Below are positions 19,872-30,239 of a stretch of DNA of 64,000 bases, one piece after another (positions within the stretch are counted from its first letter, which is position 1; every line of letters begins with the position of its first letter). The position numbers were made by a program, and so were the translations under genes. Source of the stretch: Rhodothermales bacterium (GTDB lineage Bacteria; Bacteroidota; Rhodothermia; Rhodothermales; JAHQVL01); NCBI GenBank assembly GCA_041391505.1, contig JAWKNW010000001.1, forward strand, positions 200,410-264,409, given 5' to 3'. The notes beneath the pieces were generated by a model. That model made no database searches. It was not told the DNA's origin and worked only from the letters and a program-made list of their open reading frames with translations.

Positions 19872-19909
19872 AAAAAAGGCCTTCTCGGTATTCGAGAAGG
19901 CCTTTTTTT
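19872..19909. terminator. rho-independent terminator after mscL (A-run/T-run flanked, bidirectional)
   Basis: AAAAAA-GGCCTTCTCG-GTATT-CGAGAAGGCC-TTTTTTT. Confidence 0.88.
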
Positions 19910-20000
19910 CTACTGGGTTTATCTACTGACCTGCGACCGACGCCGTCCCCTGCAATGTACGCACGGCATACGTCCACTGAGCGACGCCCCCGGGCGGGCT

Positions 20001-20573
20001 TCAGATCGACTCGCCGTATTTCTCCTGGTGGAGCCGGCGCGCGCTTTCCGTCCAGCCGTCGCGCTGGATGCGTCCCGGGAAATAGTTCAGGTGCTCGCCC
20101 ACGCGTTCCATCTCGATCTCGGAAAGCTGCGCGATCTGGCGATAGGTGGTGATCTCGATTTCGGCGAGGCGGCGTTCGATGTACGGCCCGATGCCAAAGA
20201 TCTTCTTCAAGTCATCCCGCTCCTGCACGACGGGCATCTGCTTGCTCGCGGCGCTCGACGGCTTGCGCATCACGGGTTCTTCCACCGGCGCGTGGGTCGA
20301 CTGCAGCCGGGCCTCGGCGAGCGCCAGGCTTTGCTGGCATGCCTCCAGATCGCGCTGGGCCTTGAGCAGGGCGTCGTTGAGGACGGTGCTGCCGCCGGCG
20401 ATCCCGTCGGTCGAGACGGCAGGGCGCACGGGGCGTTCGTATTTCACCTCTTTCATGGCCAGCTCCTGATAGGCATCGCCGCGGATGATGCCTCTCAGAT
20501 ACCAGCCGAGCACAATGCCCGCCACGAGTGACAGGGCGATCCAGAACAGGATCTGGCCGAACAAATAAACCAT
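20001..20573 (-). CDS. membrane-anchored protein with C-terminal HhH-like domain
   Basis: N-terminal TM helix (ILFWIALSLVAGIVLGWYL), a coiled segment, then DDLKKIFGIGPYIERRLAEIEITTYRQIAQL...FPGRIQRDGW. Its start overlaps the upstream OmpA-family stop (TAATG). Confidence 0.55.
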   Translation of the reverse strand: MVYLFGQILFWIALSLVAGIVLGWYLRGIIRGDAYQELAMKEVKYERPVRPAVSTDGIAGGSTVLNDALLKAQRDLEACQQSLALAEARLQSTHAPVEEPVMRKPSSAASKQMPVVQERDDLKKIFGIGPYIERRLAEIEITTYRQIAQLSEIEMERVGEHLNYFPGRIQRDGWTESARRLHQEKYGESI

Positions 20574-21664
20574 TAGGAGCCTCCCTTTAAGCTGAATTCT
20601 ACACGCCGATTTTTGATGCGTCCTTCCTGGGTGGTGTTGGTGGCGACGGGGCGGGTCGGACCATAGCCGATGGCCGTCAGCCGCGCCGGCGCGATCCCCT
20701 GCGAGATCAGGTAGTCGCGAACGGCATCCGCCCGGCTCTGGCTGAGGGCATTGTTCATGGCCACCGAGCCCAGGATGTCCGTATGGCCCTGGACCTCGAT
20801 GTGCACGTCCTCGGCTTCGCCCAGGACGGCGGCCACGCGGTTGAGCAACTCTTTGGACGCCGGCACCAGTTCGGCGGTGTTGATCAGGAATTGCACCCGG
20901 TGGCCGGCGAGCACGGCCTCGAGCCGTTGCCGCATCTGAATCACCGAAGCCGAAGCCGGCGCCGCGCCGGCATCGAGCACCCGCAGGTTGGTCTGGAGCG
21001 GCAGCACTTCGGCGAGGGCCGCGCGAGCGTCCTGCAGCACGACCGTTTCCTGCAGCGTCGTGGGCACGTCGCCGCGGAGTTCGACGGCGGTGGCGCTGAC
21101 CCGCAGCGCGGGACGCAGCACCGCGCTGATGGATGGCAACATGGACAGCACGCCGTCGACCCAGGGTCCGGCCGTGCCGGCGTCGAGCACGGTTGCGTCC
21201 GTCACCGTGTGCCCTGGAAACGAGGATCGCGCCGCCTGCAGGAAACGGTCACGCGTTTCCGCATCGGGCAGGCGGCCCGTGAGCAGCAACTGCTGGTTGG
21301 CGGAGGAGGCCAACATGAAAATCATCTCCGCATCCGGGATACGCGAGGGAGGCATGGCGTTCGCCGCAGCCTCTTCGGATAGCGTGACTTCGAGGTTATT
21401 CTGCACGACGCGCACCGGGTATACCCCGACGAGCCCTTCCACACGCAGCTTTTCTTCCTCGGACGAAACCGGTCCTTCCAGCGTGGCGTCGCGCCCGGCG
21501 AACGAGACCTGCGCGATGGCGATGCCGGCGCGTCCCTGCTCGAGCCGCTGCCGGGTGCGGCGCAGGAGATCGGCCTCGATGTGCTCGGTTCGGAACGTGA
21601 GCGTCAGAAACTGAAGCAGGGCTAATGTAACCAGCGTGATGAGTATGGCCTTGCCGACTTGCAT
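20573..21664 (-). CDS. OmpA-family protein (N-terminal TM helix, BON-like region, C-terminal OmpA/MotB peptidoglycan-binding domain)
   Basis: The C-terminus VQGHTDILGSVAMNNALSQSRADAVRDYLISQGIAPARLTAIGYGPTRPVA...NRRVEF is a canonical OmpA_C domain. Confidence 0.8.
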   Translation of the reverse strand: MQVGKAILITLVTLALLQFLTLTFRTEHIEADLLRRTRQRLEQGRAGIAIAQVSFAGRDATLEGPVSSEEEKLRVEGLVGVYPVRVVQNNLEVTLSEEAAANAMPPSRIPDAEMIFMLASSANQQLLLTGRLPDAETRDRFLQAARSSFPGHTVTDATVLDAGTAGPWVDGVLSMLPSISAVLRPALRVSATAVELRGDVPTTLQETVVLQDARAALAEVLPLQTNLRVLDAGAAPASASVIQMRQRLEAVLAGHRVQFLINTAELVPASKELLNRVAAVLGEAEDVHIEVQGHTDILGSVAMNNALSQSRADAVRDYLISQGIAPARLTAIGYGPTRPVATNTTQEGRIKNRRVEFSLKGGS

Positions 21665-21731
21665 GTCAGAACGAGTAAAGGTACAAGAGGACGGTTCCGT
21701 GTCCGGGGGTGTTAATGTATCGCATAAACGG

Positions 21732-22454
21732 TCATTCCCGCAACGAATACAACAGTTCGAAGGCCCACTCGCGGTTCTGCCAGTCCGAGACCAGCACCGG
21801 CTGATCGGCGTTCTTTTTCGCCGAGGTCAGTCCGCCGCAGTACGTCAGAACGGCCCGGGCGCGTCCGCCGAGCCGGACGCCGGCGCCGGCGCGCAGCGCC
21901 ACGCCCAAGCGATTGAGCTGTTCGGCCACCGCGTCGTCGCGCCGGGACCGCGCGGAAGCGGGTGTGTCCGTGCGCGATTCCTTGCGGGCGGCGACGAGCA
22001 GGCTGGCCTCCGGGCCGGCGGTCAGGAAGAGCGGTGAATCGCCGAGATCGAGCCGGAGCCAGAGCGGGATGGACACGTAGTGCTGCTTGATCGTGAAGGT
22101 GCCGGAAAAGGTCTGCATGGATTCGCTTACCTCGAACGTCCAGGCGATCCGCCCGGCCTGGCGGTTGTACCGCAGCCCGCCGCCGAGGTGGAGCCGCCTG
22201 CCCAGCGGCCCCTCGATGCGCGACAGCGGCGCCTCGCCAAAGACGAGCAGGGTGGGAAAAACGAGCCCTTCATCCGACCACTGCGGCAGCGGCGCATCGA
22301 GCACCAGCTGCTGGTAGGATGCGCCGGCGCCGACACCCCAGCGAAACGGCTGGGCCGGCAGTACCCGCGCGGGCGCGAGGACGGCGATGAGCAGCAACAG
22401 GCCGGCGAACCGGCGAATGGACGTACGGGACACGATCAGGGGTTGAGAAGGCAT
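21732..22454 (-). CDS. outer-membrane beta-barrel protein (porin/OmpW-like fold)
   Basis: Signal peptide [23 protein letters not shown], alternating beta-strand pattern, and a terminal aromatic-rich strand [11 protein letters not shown]. Confidence 0.6.
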   Translation of the reverse strand: MPSQPLIVSRTSIRRFAGLLLLIAVLAPARVLPAQPFRWGVGAGASYQQLVLDAPLPQWSDEGLVFPTLLVFGEAPLSRIEGPLGRRLHLGGGLRYNRQAGRIAWTFEVSESMQTFSGTFTIKQHYVSIPLWLRLDLGDSPLFLTAGPEASLLVAARKESRTDTPASARSRRDDAVAEQLNRLGVALRAGAGVRLGGRARAVLTYCGGLTSAKKNADQPVLVSDWQNREWAFELLYSLRE

Positions 22455-22648
22455 GGATCCGGCATCGATGTGCGAACGCACGTAGGGCTATTCATCCCGA
22501 AAAAGCGCGGTTGCCGAAGTTTTTTCGCAGAAATGCGCGGCAACGGACGAGTAGCATGTCTTGGGAATGGATTCTATCTTGGCGTGCCGCGCCGCGAAGC
22601 GTGACGCGCGGCTACCATACGCCCCACCGCTCACCCGGTTTACAACGC

Positions 22649-24142
22649 ATGAAATATATTCTCGCGCTCGATCAGGGCACCACCAGTTCTCGCGCCATTC
22701 TCTTCGGGCACGACGGCAAAATCCACGGCGTGGCGCAGCAGGAATTCGAGCAGCACTTCCCCCGCCCCGGCTGGGTCGAACACGATCCGATGGAGATCTG
22801 GTCGTCCCAGCTCGCCGTCGCCCGGGACGTGCTCCGCAAAAACGGACTTACCGCGGCGGACATCGCCGGCATCGGCATCACCAACCAGCGCGAAACGACC
22901 GTCGTCTGGAATCGGGAAACCGGGAAGCCGGTGTTCAACGCCATCGTCTGGCAGGATCGGCGGACCGCCGGCTTTTGCGACGACCTGCGCAAGGCGGGCC
23001 ACGTGGATCGCTTCCGGTCGCGCACCGGCCTCGTGCTCGACGCCTACTTCTCCGGCACCAAGGTCAACTGGATCCTGGACAACGTACCCGGCGCCCGCGA
23101 AATGGCGAACGCCGGCTCGCTCGCGTTCGGGACGATCGACAGCTGGCTGATCTGGAATCTTACCGGCGGCCGCCGCCACGTGACCGACGTCACCAACGCC
23201 TCGCGCACGCTGATGTATGACATCCGGGCCGGCGTGTGGGACGACGAGCTGCTGCGCCTCCTGGACGTACCCCATGCGCTGCTGCCGGAAGTGTGCTCGT
23301 CGAGCGAGGTGTACGGCGAGACCGTCGCCGACCTCTTCGGCGCCCCCATCCCCATCGCGGGCATCGCCGGCGACCAGCAGGCCGCGCTGTTCGGCCAGAT
23401 GTGCACGGAGCAGGGCATGGTGAAAAACACCTACGGCACAGGCTGCTTCATGCTGATGAACACCGGCACGGAAGCCGTCGATTCGAAAAACAACCTGCTG
23501 ACCACCGTCGCATGGAAGATCGGCGACCGCACGGAATACGCGCTGGAAGGCAGCATCTTCATCGCCGGCGCCGTGGTGCAGTGGTTACGCGATGGCCTCG
23601 GGCTCTTCTCGTCGTCGGCCGAGGTGGAAGCGCTTGCAGCGCAGGTGGAGGACAACGGCGGCGTCTACCTCGTGCCGGCCTTTGCCGGCCTGGGCGCGCC
23701 GCACTGGGACCCCTACGCCCGCGGAACGATCACCGGCCTGACGCGAGGCAGCACGGCGTCGCATATCGCGCGCGCCGCGCTGGAAGGGATCGCCTACCAG
23801 GTGGGCGACGTGCTGTCCGCCATGGAGGCCGACTCCGGTCTGCGCCTCGCCGAACTCCGCGCCGACGGCGGTGCGGCCGCCAACGACATGCTGATGCAGT
23901 TCCAGGCGGATATCCTCGGCGTACCGGTCGTCCGCCCCACAGTGCTGGAGACCACGGCGCTAGGCGCCGCCTATCTCGCCGGCCTGGCGGTCGGCTACTG
24001 GGAAAGCGAAGCCGCGATCGCCGGTCAATGGCAGGTCGATCGCCGATTCACCCCCTCCATGCCGGCCGACCGTGTCGACCTGCTCAAACGCGGCTGGCAA
24101 AAAGCGCTGGACCGATCCAAAAACTGGGAAGCCCCCTCCTAA
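22649..24142 (+). CDS. glpK: glycerol kinase
   Basis: Start [19 protein letters not shown] at 22649. [23 protein letters not shown]. 497 aa. Confidence 0.96.
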   Translation: MKYILALDQGTTSSRAILFGHDGKIHGVAQQEFEQHFPRPGWVEHDPMEIWSSQLAVARDVLRKNGLTAADIAGIGITNQRETTVVWNRETGKPVFNAIVWQDRRTAGFCDDLRKAGHVDRFRSRTGLVLDAYFSGTKVNWILDNVPGAREMANAGSLAFGTIDSWLIWNLTGGRRHVTDVTNASRTLMYDIRAGVWDDELLRLLDVPHALLPEVCSSSEVYGETVADLFGAPIPIAGIAGDQQAALFGQMCTEQGMVKNTYGTGCFMLMNTGTEAVDSKNNLLTTVAWKIGDRTEYALEGSIFIAGAVVQWLRDGLGLFSSSAEVEALAAQVEDNGGVYLVPAFAGLGAPHWDPYARGTITGLTRGSTASHIARAALEGIAYQVGDVLSAMEADSGLRLAELRADGGAAANDMLMQFQADILGVPVVRPTVLETTALGAAYLAGLAVGYWESEAAIAGQWQVDRRFTPSMPADRVDLLKRGWQKALDRSKNWEAPS

Positions 24143-24154
24143 CCCTCCCCACCC

Positions 24155-24862
24155 ATGACACCATTTCTCGCGGAATTTATCGGCACCGCCATGCTGCTCC
24201 TGCTCGGGGACGGCGTGGTCGCCAACGTGGTCCTCGCCCAGACGAAAGGGCATAACGCCGGCTGGATCGTCATCACGATCGGCTGGGGCATGGCCGTTTT
24301 TACCGGCGTGTTCTGCGTCGCCACGTACAGCGGCGCGCACCTGAACCCGGCGGTGACCATCGGGCTCGCCGCCGCCAGCAATTTCCCGTGGGCCGACGTC
24401 CCCTATTACATCATCGCCCAGGTGCTCGGCGCGGCCTTTGGCTCGTTCCTGGTCTGGCTGATGTACCGGGACCACTTCGAGCGCACCGACGACCCGGACG
24501 CCAAGCTGGCCGTCTTTTGCACCGCGCCGGCCATCCGGCACACCCGCAACAACCTGATCTCGGAGATCGTCGGCACCTTCGTGCTCGTCTTCGGCGTGCT
24601 GTACATGGTTCAGGCGGAAGTCGGCCTCGGTCCGCTCGACGCCCTGCCCGTGGCGCTCCTCGTGCTGGCGATCGGGCTCTCCCTCGGCGGCACCACCGGA
24701 TACGCCATCAACCCGGCGCGCGACCTCGGCCCCCGGATCATGCACGCGCTCCTTCCAATCTCCCGCAAGCGCGACAGCGACTGGGGATACGCCTGGATTC
24801 CGATCGCCGGCCCGATCCTCGGCGGCATCCTGGCCGCCGGCGTGTACTGGCTGTTCAGGTGA
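24155..24862 (+). CDS. glpF: MIP-family glycerol uptake facilitator
   Basis: Two NPA boxes (HLNPAVT, INPARD). 235 aa, directly downstream of glpK. Confidence 0.92.
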   Translation: MTPFLAEFIGTAMLLLLGDGVVANVVLAQTKGHNAGWIVITIGWGMAVFTGVFCVATYSGAHLNPAVTIGLAAASNFPWADVPYYIIAQVLGAAFGSFLVWLMYRDHFERTDDPDAKLAVFCTAPAIRHTRNNLISEIVGTFVLVFGVLYMVQAEVGLGPLDALPVALLVLAIGLSLGGTTGYAINPARDLGPRIMHALLPISRKRDSDWGYAWIPIAGPILGGILAAGVYWLFR

Positions 24863-24935
24863 GGGAGGGTTCAAGGTTTGAGGTTCAAGGTTTAAGGAAA
24901 ACGTCCTTGATCCTTGATCCTCAAACCTTGAACCA
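24863..24935. repeat. heptad-built palindrome (GGTTCAA family) between convergent genes
   Basis: GGGAGGGTTCAAGGTTTGAGGTTCAAGGTTTAAGG - AAAACGT - CCTTGATCCTTGATCCTCAAACCTTGAACC. It begins at the base after the glpF stop. Confidence 0.85.
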
Positions 24936-24958
24936 ACTGCGGGTGTCGCGAAATGCCG

Positions 24959-26527
24959 TCAGCCCGCGCCGGCCCGCTCGCGTTCGACGAGGACGCGGCG
25001 CAGGATCTTGCCGGACGGCACCTTGGGGATTTGATCGACGAAGGCGACCTTGCGGACCTTCTTGTAGGGAGCGACGCGTTCCGCCACGTAGTCCATCAGC
25101 GCCGTCTCCGAGAGCGACGCGCCGGCTTTGAGGACCACGAAGGCCTTGGGCACCTCGCCGGCCTCCTCGTCCGGACTCGGGATCACGGCGGCGTCGGCGA
25201 TATCGGCATGCGTGAGCAGGACGGCCTCGAGTTCGGCCGGCGCGATCTGGAGCCCTTTGTATTTGATGAGCTCCTTCACCCGGTCGATGACGTAGAGAAA
25301 GCCTTCGGCGTCGGTGTAGCCGATGTCGCCGGTATGCAGCCATCCCTCCGTGTCGATCATGTCCCGCGTGGCGTCCGGCTTGTTGTGGTAGCCGCGCATG
25401 ACCTGCGGGCCGCGGAGCCAGATTTCGCCGGTTTCGCCGGTCGCGACCGGAGCGCCGGTGGATAGGTCCGCGATCAGCACCTCGGTATTCGGAATGCACG
25501 TGCCCACGGCGCCGAGCCGATCCGGGACCAGCGGCGAGCAGATGTGCGTGACCGGGCTGGTCTCGGTAAGCCCGTAGCCCTGCCGGACCGTGCAGCCGAG
25601 CCGGTCCTGGCACATCCGCGCCAGCGCCTCGGACAGCGGCGCCGCACCCGACGTGATATGGACGAGCCGGCTGAGGTCGTATCGGTCGACGAGCGGGCTC
25701 TTGGCCAGGAACAGGATGATGGGCGGCACCAGGAAGGCCAGGGTCACGCCATGATCCTGCATGTTTTGCAGGAACGACTCCGGCTCGAAGCGCGGCATCG
25801 TCACGATCGTGGCGCCGGCGTAGAGCGCCAGTCCCATGATGGCCGTCATCCCATAGATATGATAAAAGGGCAGGATGCCGATCAGCACATCGTCCGACGT
25901 CACCGGCAGGGCCGCCATGACCTGCATGACATTGCCGACGATGTTGGCGTGGGTGAGCATGACCCCCTTCGGCAACCCGGTCGTGCCGCTGCTGTAGGGC
26001 AGTGCGATCAGGTCGTTTTCGGGATCGATCGCGACCTCGGGGACCGGAGCCTTCGAGGCGCGCAGGGTTTCGTACGGCACGCAGCTCTCCGCCTCGCCGA
26101 AGACGATGATGTGGCGGACGTGGGTGCCATAGGCCGCCTTTTTGGCGGTCTCGATCACGGCCGGATGCGCAACCAGGTAGACGGCCTCCGAATCCATCAG
26201 CTGCGCGTGGAGCTCGTCCGCCGTGTAGGTTGGATTGATGGTCGTGTTGACCGCCCCGTTCATCGACACCGCCAGAAAAACGACCGCGTACTCCGGCACG
26301 TTCGGGCTATAGAGCGCCACCTTCTCGCGGGGCCGCAGCCCGAACGCATGCAGGCCGGCGGCGACGCGTTCGATCGATATGCGCAGGGTGTCGTAGGTGA
26401 GGGTGCGTCCGGTTGCGCCATCGATCAGCGCCGGCCGATCCGCCAGCTCCGCAAACCGCTCGGCGATAAAGGCATGCAGCGAAACACGGGGAATGGTGAT
26501 GTCGGGTAGCGGACTGCGAACGATCAT
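24959..26527 (-). CDS. AMP-dependent acyl-CoA synthetase/ligase (4-coumarate-CoA-ligase-like / fatty-acid-CoA ligase)
   Basis: 522 aa. AMP-binding motif LPYSSGTTGLPKGV, GYGLTE, TGDIG, and the C-terminal PSGKILRR. Confidence 0.88.
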   Translation of the reverse strand: MIVRSPLPDITIPRVSLHAFIAERFAELADRPALIDGATGRTLTYDTLRISIERVAAGLHAFGLRPREKVALYSPNVPEYAVVFLAVSMNGAVNTTINPTYTADELHAQLMDSEAVYLVAHPAVIETAKKAAYGTHVRHIIVFGEAESCVPYETLRASKAPVPEVAIDPENDLIALPYSSGTTGLPKGVMLTHANIVGNVMQVMAALPVTSDDVLIGILPFYHIYGMTAIMGLALYAGATIVTMPRFEPESFLQNMQDHGVTLAFLVPPIILFLAKSPLVDRYDLSRLVHITSGAAPLSEALARMCQDRLGCTVRQGYGLTETSPVTHICSPLVPDRLGAVGTCIPNTEVLIADLSTGAPVATGETGEIWLRGPQVMRGYHNKPDATRDMIDTEGWLHTGDIGYTDAEGFLYVIDRVKELIKYKGLQIAPAELEAVLLTHADIADAAVIPSPDEEAGEVPKAFVVLKAGASLSETALMDYVAERVAPYKKVRKVAFVDQIPKVPSGKILRRVLVERERAGAG

Positions 26528-26919
26528 GGGCGCGGGTGAGCGAGGTCCAGGGATACGACGCTATCTTAACCGACAGCGAGCACGTCTTCAAGTACGGGCG
26601 ACCGGACGTCACAGCACGCCGCGCTGGACGATGCGGGGGGTGGAAGCAGGAAGCCCGATCCAGGGAGCATACCTCAGCCCCCGCTCCCATGCAAACGGAT
26701 GCGCCATTTCGATGCGCCAATTTCCGGGTGTTTTTCTGACTTTTGCCCGCGATGGCACGACAGAGACGCAATGTGGTCCGCTGCGCGGCGTATATCGTTG
26801 CGGGAGACCGGTTTGAGGCCGGCGTCCTTCACCGCGGGCGCCCCCGGCGCTTCCCGTGGCCCCGGTGGCGTTTTTTTTCTTCGGATGTCCTATATTCACA
26901 TCCGTCCCAAACTGATTGT

Positions 26920-27300
26920 ATGAAGCGAAATCTCGATCTGATGCGCCACATCCTGCTCCAGGTAGAAGAGCAGGGCGATCCGGCTGAGCCGTTGATCCAC
27001 GCGCTTTCACTGGACGACGTGGATCAGCATCTCGTCGACGAGCACGTCAAGCTGCTCATCGACTCCAAGATGCTCGAAGGCGAATACAAATACACCACGA
27101 ACAACCGCATCCTGTTTACGGCGATTCGCAGCCTGACGTCGCGCGGCCACGATTTCCTGGACAATGTCCGAAATCCGAACGTCTGGAATCATATCAAGGA
27201 GCGCGTGCAAACAACGACCGGCACCGCTTCTTTTGACCTCATCGAGGACCTGTCCCGCCAACTCGTCGCCGCGGCTCTAAGCCGCCCGAGAACGGCCTAG
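26920..27300 (+). CDS. DUF2513-like protein (winged-helix-like, often phage- or island-associated)
   Basis: Start MKRNLDLMRHILLQVEEQ at 26920. The overall pattern (MR.IL..vE... / H...L.d.g...G) resembles DUF2513. The local sequence is visibly less GC-rich than its flanks. Confidence 0.55.
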   Translation: MKRNLDLMRHILLQVEEQGDPAEPLIHALSLDDVDQHLVDEHVKLLIDSKMLEGEYKYTTNNRILFTAIRSLTSRGHDFLDNVRNPNVWNHIKERVQTTTGTASFDLIEDLSRQLVAAALSRPRTA

Positions 27301-27341
27301 GCGTCCACCTGCTCTGTTGTACCTAAATCAAAAGGCGCTGC

Positions 27342-27470
27342 ATGCCTTTGGAAGAGCGACACATGCAAAACGAGTCGGCGACCAGGACGCGACTGTCCAG
27401 CTTCGGGTGCCCGCTGTTTATCATCAGCTTTATCATCTTGCTGATTCTGGTCGCATTATTGCTCATCTGA
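27342..27470 (+). CDS. candidate 42-aa tail-anchored hydrophobic peptide (below the track's length cut-off)
   Basis: ATG..TGA reading MPLEERHMQNESATRTRLSSFGCPLFIISFIILLILVALLLI: a polar N-terminus plus one 20-aa TM segment. No homology evidence. Confidence 0.25.
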   Translation: MPLEERHMQNESATRTRLSSFGCPLFIISFIILLILVALLLI

Positions 27471-27598
27471 CCGCGTTTCACGGGTAAAGGGCCGGCGCCA
27501 GGCGCCGAGCGGCCTATTCCCGGATCGCGCCGTCGCGTGGGAGGAAGGTTTTTCACCTTCGCCACCCCGGGCGCCCGAACACGCCGTCCGATCGAGCC

Positions 27599-28546
27599 AT
27601 GCGCATCGCCTTTTTGTGCAATTCAGAATTTGCACTGCCGTCCGTCCCGCTTCTCGCGCAACACGGTATGCTGGCCGGACTCGCCTGTTCGGACCTCGCG
27701 CCTCACATCGCCGGCATGCTCCAGGAGCAGGCTCGCCAGCTCGGCATCCCCTTCGCCACCGTGGCCCGCGCCACGATCGCCTCGGATCTGGAGGACTGGC
27801 TCATCGCCAGCCGGGCCGATGCGGCCCTCGTGCAGACCTTCCCCTACCGCATCCCGGCCGCCGTGCTGGACCTCCCGCGGCACGGGTTCTTCAACATTCA
27901 CCCGGGCAAGCTGCCGGCCTTTCGCGGCCCCGACCCCGTGTTCTGGCAGATCAAACAGGGCAGCGCGTCGGGCGCCGCCACGCTGCACCGGATGACGCCC
28001 GCGTTCGACGACGGGCCGATCGTGTGGATGGAGGAGGTGGCCATCGGGCCGGAAGACACGTATGGCGTGCACCTTAGCGTGCTGATCGAGGCCGCCGGCC
28101 GCTGCATCGAGCAGTTCATCGCGCTGCTGTCGGCCGGCGAGCTACCCGCGCTCCCGGCGCAATCCGAAGCCGAGGCCGGCTATCAGGGCCGGCCCGGCCT
28201 CGACGACCTCACGGTCGACTGGTCCGCGTCCGACGCCGCCGCCATCGCGGCGCTGGCGCGCGCCGCCAATCCGACCTATCAGGGGGCGGTGGCTTTCCTG
28301 CGCGACACGCCGGTCCGCATCCTGGAGGCGCGCCCGACGCCGTTCGAGCCGATTCCCCGGCTGCCGGCAGGCACCGTCATCGCCACGACGCCGGATCGCG
28401 GCCTGCTCGTGCTCTGCGCGGGCGGCACCGTGCTCCAGCTCGCCATCGTCGCCACTGACGAAGGCACATTCAGCGGCGCCCGCTTCGCCGCCCTGTTCGG
28501 GATCTCCATCGGGGAGAAATTTTCAATGCCGGCGTTCGTATCTTGA
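27599..28546 (+). CDS. formyltransferase-family protein (Fmt-like)
   Basis: MRIAFLCNSEF..., with the catalytic region FFNIHPGKLPAFRGPDPVFWQI (HxSLLPxxRG-like) and a C-terminal Fmt-like beta-barrel domain. Confidence 0.75.
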   Translation: MRIAFLCNSEFALPSVPLLAQHGMLAGLACSDLAPHIAGMLQEQARQLGIPFATVARATIASDLEDWLIASRADAALVQTFPYRIPAAVLDLPRHGFFNIHPGKLPAFRGPDPVFWQIKQGSASGAATLHRMTPAFDDGPIVWMEEVAIGPEDTYGVHLSVLIEAAGRCIEQFIALLSAGELPALPAQSEAEAGYQGRPGLDDLTVDWSASDAAAIAALARAANPTYQGAVAFLRDTPVRILEARPTPFEPIPRLPAGTVIATTPDRGLLVLCAGGTVLQLAIVATDEGTFSGARFAALFGISIGEKFSMPAFVS

Positions 28547-28585
28547 CGGCGTTTCGTGCTTTCCCCTCCTACCTCCCTACCGCGT

Positions 28586-29020
28586 ATGATTCATATCCAG
28601 GTGGAGCGTGTTGACGACGCGTTCCATTTCGTGGGCCGCAACGACCGCGGCAATACCGTGCACATGGATACCGGTGTCGAAGATGGCGGCTCTGGCCAGG
28701 GCGCCGGGCCGATGCAAACCCTCCTGATGGCGCTTGGCGGCTGCAGCGGGATCGACATCGTATCGATCCTGAAAAAAGGCCGGCAGGACATCACGTCGTT
28801 CCGCGTCGATTTCGAGGCTGAACGCGCCCAGGGGGAGATACCATCCCTCTACACACGCATCCACGCCCATTACGCCCTCGAGGGCGACCTCGACCCCGAC
28901 AAGGTGCGCCGCGCCATCGACCTGAGCCTCGAAAAATACTGCTCCGTGGCCAAGACGCTCGAAAAAACGGCCCAGATCACGTACTCGTTCTCCGTCAACG
29001 CTGTCGATTATGCCCAGTAA
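28586..29020 (+). CDS. OsmC/Ohr family protein
   Basis: GPMQTLLMALGGCSGIDIVSILKK and LSLEKYCSVAKTL carry the two conserved Cys motifs of OsmC. Confidence 0.85.
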   Translation: MIHIQVERVDDAFHFVGRNDRGNTVHMDTGVEDGGSGQGAGPMQTLLMALGGCSGIDIVSILKKGRQDITSFRVDFEAERAQGEIPSLYTRIHAHYALEGDLDPDKVRRAIDLSLEKYCSVAKTLEKTAQITYSFSVNAVDYAQ

Positions 29021-30212
29021 CGCCCCCCACGACCCCTCGAAATCCCTGCACGAAGAAACCCGCGCCATCCGCACCCAGACCGAGCGCTCGACGCAGCGCG
29101 AACACGCGACGTCGATCTTCATGACGTCCAGCTTCCTGTTCGACGACGCCGAACATGCGCGCGCCCTGTTCGCCAAGGAGCGAAGCGGCAACATCTATGC
29201 GCGGTACAGCAACCCGAGCGTCGACGAGTTCGTGGTCAAGATGTGCGAACTGGAGGAGGCGGCGGACGGCATCGCCGTCGCGTCGGGGATGTCGGCGGTG
29301 TTCACCGGGCTCGCCGGCCTGCTCAAGAGCGGCGACCACATCCTGGCGTCGCGGTCTGTCTTCGGCTCCACGCACCAGATCCTGACCCAGCTGCTCCCGC
29401 GCTGGGGTATCACGCACAGCTACGCCGACATCGAGGCGCCCGAGCGCTGGGAGGCGCTCATCCAGCCGAATACGAAGATCTGCTACGTCGAGACGCCGTC
29501 CAACCCGGCGCTGGACCTGATCGACCTCGACTGGCTCGCCGGCCTCTGCAAGGCGCGCGGGGTGCTGCTTTTTGTCGACAACATCTTCGCCACGCCGATC
29601 CTCCAGAAGCCGATGCGGCACGGCGCCGACCTCGTGATGCACTCCGCCACCAAATACATCGACGGCCAGGGGCGCGGCATCGGGGGCGTGATTCTGGGGA
29701 GCGCGGAAATCATCGAGCCCATCCGGTTTTTCGCGCGGCACACCGGTCCGTCGCTTTCGCCCTTCAATGCCTGGATGTTCAGCAAAAGCCTCGAGACGCT
29801 GGCGGTGCGCATGGAGCGGCACTGCGCCAACGCCCTGGCGCTGGCGCGCTTCCTCGAAGGACACCCGGGCGTTGAGTTCGTGAAGTACCCGTATCTGCCC
29901 TCGCACCCGCAGCACGAGCTGGCGCGGCGGCAGATGTCGGCCGGCGGCGGCGTGGTGACGTTCGGCGTCAAGGGGGGGATCGAGCAGGGCCGGCGGTTTC
30001 TGGACGCCCTGGCGCTGTGCTCGCTCTCGGCCAATCTGGGCGACACGCGGTCCATTGCCACCCACCCCGCCAGCACCACCCACAGCTCGCTCAGCGAAGA
30101 AGATCGGCAGGCCGTTGGTATTTTACCCGGACTTGTCCGAATTTCGGTCGGTTTAGAACACATCGACGACATCGTCGCCGATATCGATCAGGCGTTGAAC
30201 CGCAGCGCCTGA
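29010..30212 (+). CDS. metZ: O-succinylhomoserine sulfhydrylase / Cys-Met-metabolism PLP enzyme
   Basis: 400 aa. Motifs YARYSNPSV, the PLP-lysine motif HSATKYIDGQGR, and ATHPASTTHS. Overlaps the OsmC 3' end by 11 nt. Confidence 0.85.
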   Translation: MPSNAPHDPSKSLHEETRAIRTQTERSTQREHATSIFMTSSFLFDDAEHARALFAKERSGNIYARYSNPSVDEFVVKMCELEEAADGIAVASGMSAVFTGLAGLLKSGDHILASRSVFGSTHQILTQLLPRWGITHSYADIEAPERWEALIQPNTKICYVETPSNPALDLIDLDWLAGLCKARGVLLFVDNIFATPILQKPMRHGADLVMHSATKYIDGQGRGIGGVILGSAEIIEPIRFFARHTGPSLSPFNAWMFSKSLETLAVRMERHCANALALARFLEGHPGVEFVKYPYLPSHPQHELARRQMSAGGGVVTFGVKGGIEQGRRFLDALALCSLSANLGDTRSIATHPASTTHSSLSEEDRQAVGILPGLVRISVGLEHIDDIVADIDQALNRSA

Positions 30213-30239
30213 TACCCCACCAGCGCCGCCGGCCTCGCC

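Noticed and set aside
26560-26880. Possible sRNA ending at the T8 run (26871-26878) in the 390-bp region upstream of the DUF2513-like gene
   Set aside because: I could not define a clean GC stem preceding the T-run, nor a promoter. The evidence is insufficient.
27323-27565. 80-aa minus-strand ORF in the AT-richer islet
   Set aside because: It has no motifs and mixed composition, and is antisense to the 42-aa hydrophobic micro-ORF. Neither is proven; the plus-strand micro-ORF at least has a coherent TM segment.
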